Assembly (NCBI GenBank): GCA_017452505.1
Contig: JAFTMI010000011.1
Span: 1,947-65,946 of the forward strand
DNA length: 64,000 nucleotides
Origin: Oscillospiraceae bacterium
GTDB taxonomy: Bacteria; Bacillota; Clostridia; Oscillospirales; Oscillospiraceae
Reading direction: 5' to 3'
Every line of letters starts with the position of its first letter. Within the stretch, counting starts at the first letter, position 1. The translations under genes and the position numbers were made by a program. Of the stretch, positions 62,995 to 64,000 are shown in pieces. Under the pieces are notes generated by a model. It was given only the letters and a program-made list of their open reading frames with translations. It made no database searches and had not been told where the DNA came from.

Positions 62995-63127
62995 TGGTGC
63001 CGCTGTCCTGTTGCGGTACCCGGCAATAGCGTCGCCCGGCAAAGCGGGCTCGCTATTCGCCGACCGCTGCCACTCGCTCGCCTCCTTCCTCCCGCCACCG
63101 GCGGCAGTCGGCTCGCTCCCCGGAATC
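62995..63127 (-). pseudogene. Duplicated tRNA-Leu 3' end (att-like) split by structured element copy 3 (63007-63121)
   Basis: TGGTGCCGCTGt-CC-[element]-CC-GGAATC versus tRNA TGGTGCCGCTGACCGGAATC. Confidence 0.75.
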
Positions 63128-63159
63128 TCACCTGCGGTTCGTTTCCGACCACAGCATAT

Positions 63160-63196
63160 AATAACCGGGATACCCCAGCGGGGTATCCCGGTTATT
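63160..63196 (-). terminator. tRNA terminator
   Basis: AATAACCGGGATACCCC/GGGGTATCCCGGTTATT. Confidence 0.8.
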
Positions 63197-63282
63197 GGTG
63201 CCGCTGACCGGAATCGAACCGGTACGAGGTTGCCCTCAAGGGATTTTAAGTCCCTGGTGTCTACCTATTCCACCACAGCGGC
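63196..63282 (-). tRNA. tRNA-Leu(TAA)
   Basis: GCCGCTG acceptor stem, GGGA-CT TAA AA-TCCC anticodon arm, long variable arm, GGTTCGATTCC T-arm and encoded CCA. Confidence 0.97.
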
Positions 63283-63310
63283 ATATTTAATTAGATTGTG
63301 CGTTGTTCGC

Positions 63311-63421
63311 CCTGTTGCGGTGCCCAAAATTTCCTGTTCGCTTTTCGCTCACGAAATTTTGACCGCGGCCACTCGCTCGGCTCCCTTGACTCCGCCCCCG
63401 GCGGCGGTCGCCTCGCTCCCC
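63311..63421. mobile_element. ~110-bp CC-flanked structured element, copy 4
   Basis: CC-TGTTGCGGTGCCC-AAAATTTC...GAAATTTT-GACCGCGGCCACTCGCTC...TCGCTCC-CC. Confidence 0.7.
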
Positions 63422-63450
63422 CTTGTGTCTACCTATTCCACCATACCGGC
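63420..63450 (-). pseudogene. tRNA-Leu 5'-half remnant
   Basis: Minus strand GCCGGTATGGTGGAATAGGTAGACACAAGGG, a variant of the intact tRNA 5' half, ending at element copy 4. Confidence 0.7.
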
Positions 63451-63462
63451 GAAGAAAGCTCC

Positions 63463-63494
63463 GTTATAGTACCACATTTTGGAGTGGCAGTCAA
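63463..63494 (-). promoter_or_regulatory. Sigma-A promoter for the tRNA locus
   Basis: Minus strand TTGACT-17-TACTAT with TG extension. Confidence 0.7.
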
Positions 63495-63603
63495 GTTTTC
63501 CGGTAAATTTTCAAAAAACAGTTGTAACTTTGACTAAAATGATGTAAAATAATATAGCTGAAAAAATGCAAACTTATACCCATCGATTTTGGAGGACATA
63601 GAA

Positions 63604-64000
63604 ATGGAAAAGAAACCCCTTGTTTTGGTTATTATGGACGGCGTGGGCAAGGGCGACGGCGGCAGCGGCGATGCCGTAGCCGTAGCCAAGACCCCCACCC
63701 TGGACAATTTGTTTGCCACCTGCCCCTACACCTGGCTGAAGGCCCACGGCACTGCCGTCGGTCTGCCCTCTGACGAGGATATGGGCAACTCCGAGGTTGG
63801 CCACAACGCCCTCGGCTGCGGCCAGGTCTACTCCCAGGGCGCAAAGCTGGTTGGCGAGTCCATTGAAAACGGCGCACTGTTCGCTTCCGCCACCTGGAAA
63901 GAACTGGTTGCCAACGCAGAAGGCAAAGCTCTGCATTTCCTGGGCCTGCTGTCTGACGGCAATGTGCACTCTAACATTCACCACCTGATCGCTCTGCTGA
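63604..64000 (+). CDS. gpmI: 2,3-bisphosphoglycerate-independent phosphoglycerate mutase (3'-truncated by the window edge)
   Basis: MEKKPLVLVIMDGVG, HGTAVGLPSDEDMGNSEVGH and GLLSDGNVHS. Confidence 0.95.
   Translation, partial: MEKKPLVLVIMDGVGKGDGGSGDAVAVAKTPTLDNLFATCPYTWLKAHGTAVGLPSDEDMGNSEVGHNALGCGQVYSQGAKLVGESIENGALFASATWKELVANAEGKALHFLGLLSDGNVHSNIHHLIALL

Overview
Bacterial chromosome segment from a GC-rich, spore-forming Clostridia-type organism (Oscillospiraceae-like; taxonomy is inferred from gene content). From left to right: a DUF1576-like membrane gene; a ~275-nt highly structured element directly before secA; secA-pgeF-family 5 SBP; a Wzx/Wzy surface-polysaccharide cluster with rmlABDC plus a tll-like 6-deoxytalose reductase; an ArgR-controlled argG-argH-ABC-argF operon whose binding protein is circularly permuted; and spoVT. 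A ~33-kb accessory region follows (25.8-59.2 kb). It is punctuated by five direct copies of the spoVT promoter/leader, two of them carrying truncated spoVT 5' ends. This suggests repeated island integration at spoVT, although no recombinase is present in the window. The cargo comprises a CapA/M20/B3-MBL/LysR islet, a TauE exporter, a c-di-GMP/Pel biofilm locus with an unusual HD-GYP-PelD fusion and a CotH-VTC-DUF4956 module, a sugar-catabolic operon, tandem QueG-like Fe-S proteins and two paralogous membrane proteins. The window ends with an AEC transporter, MBOAT/DHHW acetylation genes, tRNA-Leu(TAA) flanked by tRNA fragments, and the 5' part of gpmI. Four copies of a ~110-bp covarying structured element, each flanked by CC, lie in REP-like sequences and tRNA fragments. 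All calls come from reading the sequence; no searches or folding programs were run.
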